From: Tricharina praecox
Taxonomy: Eukaryota
Reading direction: 5' to 3'
Length of the DNA stretch: 64,000 nucleotides
Assembly (NCBI RefSeq): GCF_024521635.1
Contig: NW_026250415.1
Span: forward strand, 310,001 to 374,000
The position numbers and the translations under genes were made by a program. Positions 62,878-64,000 of the stretch are shown here, one piece after another; position 1 is the first letter of the stretch; each line of letters begins with the position of its first letter. The notes beneath the pieces were generated by a model. The model was given only the letters and a program-made list of their open reading frames with translations. It was not told the DNA's origin and did not search any database.

Positions 62878-63121
62878 CGGGTTGCGTGGGGCATGCAAGT
62901 GAGCTGCGCTGGGTTGTCCGTTAGGGATGGGTTGCCGTGGCGAGTGGTCGAGTGTTCAGTGTCGAGTGGACGAGCTGGCTGCTGGGACTGTGGCTGGGAC
63001 TGCGACTGGGGACCGCGGGATTTGTTTATTTCGCCGTTCGGGAAAGCAAAGCTTTGGTTCTGGTTCTGGTTCTGGTTCTGGTTTTGGTTCTTGTTCAGGG
63101 TCGGCTTCAGGCTCGGTCGAT

Positions 63122-63302
63122 GTATGTCCGTATGTCCGTATGTCCGTATGTCTGTATGTCTGTATGTCTGTATGTCTGTATGTCTGTATGTCTGTATGTC
63201 TGTATGTCTGTATGTCTGTATGTCTGTATGTCTGTATGTCTTGTCTGTATGTCTGTATGTCTGTATGTCTGTATGTCTGTATGTCTGTATGTCTGTCTGT
63301 CT
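63122..63302. repeat. 8-bp minisatellite (GTATGTCT/GTATGTCC)n, about 22 units
   Basis: Read directly from the sequence; preceded by (TTCTGG)n at about 63054-63090. Confidence 0.95.
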
Positions 63303-64000
63303 ATGTACGTTTGTATGATATGTACGTATGGTATGTAGTCCGGGCCGGGCGGGCGGGTGCTTCCTTTTCTTCTGCGCGTTGAAGATGGTGGTGTGGATGG
63401 CGGGGGGAGGGGGGGAGGGATGAATAGTCAACCTCTATATCTACCCCGAGCCCGTCCCAGAGCCCGTCCCAGTCCCCAGTCCCAGCCCATGTCCCCCAGA
63501 CCATGCATCCACCCACCCATTCACCCACCCCTCCAACGATCTCTCCGCCAAAGGCCCCTGGGCACTATCCCGCTAGCCCCAAAGACCCACCCACCCACCC
63601 ATGCACGCGAAAATCTGGGGATGGATGAAGCGAGCGAGCCCTTGGTCCTTGCCTCCCTGACTCCCTTGACTCCTTGCAGACATGTAGGCAGACAGACACA
63701 CAGACCAGACAGACCAGACAGACAGGTCAGACCATATTCTGGTCCGGGCCGGGATTGGATCCATGCGGTGAGGTGAGCGAGGTGAGAAGAAAAAAAGGGG
63801 AGGGGAGGGGAGGCATGCATGCATGCAACCCATCACCATCACCATCACCCATCACCGCCGTCCACTGCCCATCATCATCATCGTCAGTTAAAAAAAAAAG
63901 AGGAAGAAAAAAAACTGTAGGGTATGTAGGGTATGTAGGGGATGGAGGGGGGAGGAGGGATGATCACGCCGCCTTGCAGCCCAACACGGCGGTACCGTAC

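Noticed and set aside
62827-63431. ORFs of 130-200 aa made of VCMSVCLY or TDIQTYRH repeats
   Set aside because: They are translations of the 8-bp minisatellite, not genes.

Overview
Eukaryotic, intron-containing DNA from a filamentous ascomycete. GT-AG introns of about 50-200 nt with CTRAC/CTRAT branch sites support this; a Pezizomycotina (possibly Pezizomycetes) origin is inferred only. I can support 18 protein-coding genes, built by hand-splicing the ORF track: Trs65, Prp40, a stand-alone Zn-dependent deaminase, a Mak32-like PfkB protein, Stu1/CLASP, a complex I NDUFB2/NIGM-like subunit, S1/P1 nuclease, GH81 endo-1,3-beta-glucanase, TatD/Scn1, an SDR, a HeLo-like/ankyrin protein, an ACS-family MFS transporter, a DUF4449-type protein, a DUF4211 protein, Srp21/SRP9, a degenerate MoxR-like protein, OHCU decarboxylase and a conserved unknown. 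The standout is an accessory island at about 28.8-35.2 kb. It holds a 1248-aa NLR-like gene with an N-terminal HeLo-like domain but no NACHT/NB-ARC, ending in 23 near-identical 99-bp ankyrin repeats. Variation in those repeats is almost all non-synonymous and clusters at expected ligand-binding positions. Head-to-head with it sits a tandemly duplicated, decayed gene of unknown family, followed by an apparently gene-free stretch of about 11 kb. No tRNA, rRNA, CRISPR array or intact transposon was found. All family calls come from recognising motifs by eye, not from database searches.
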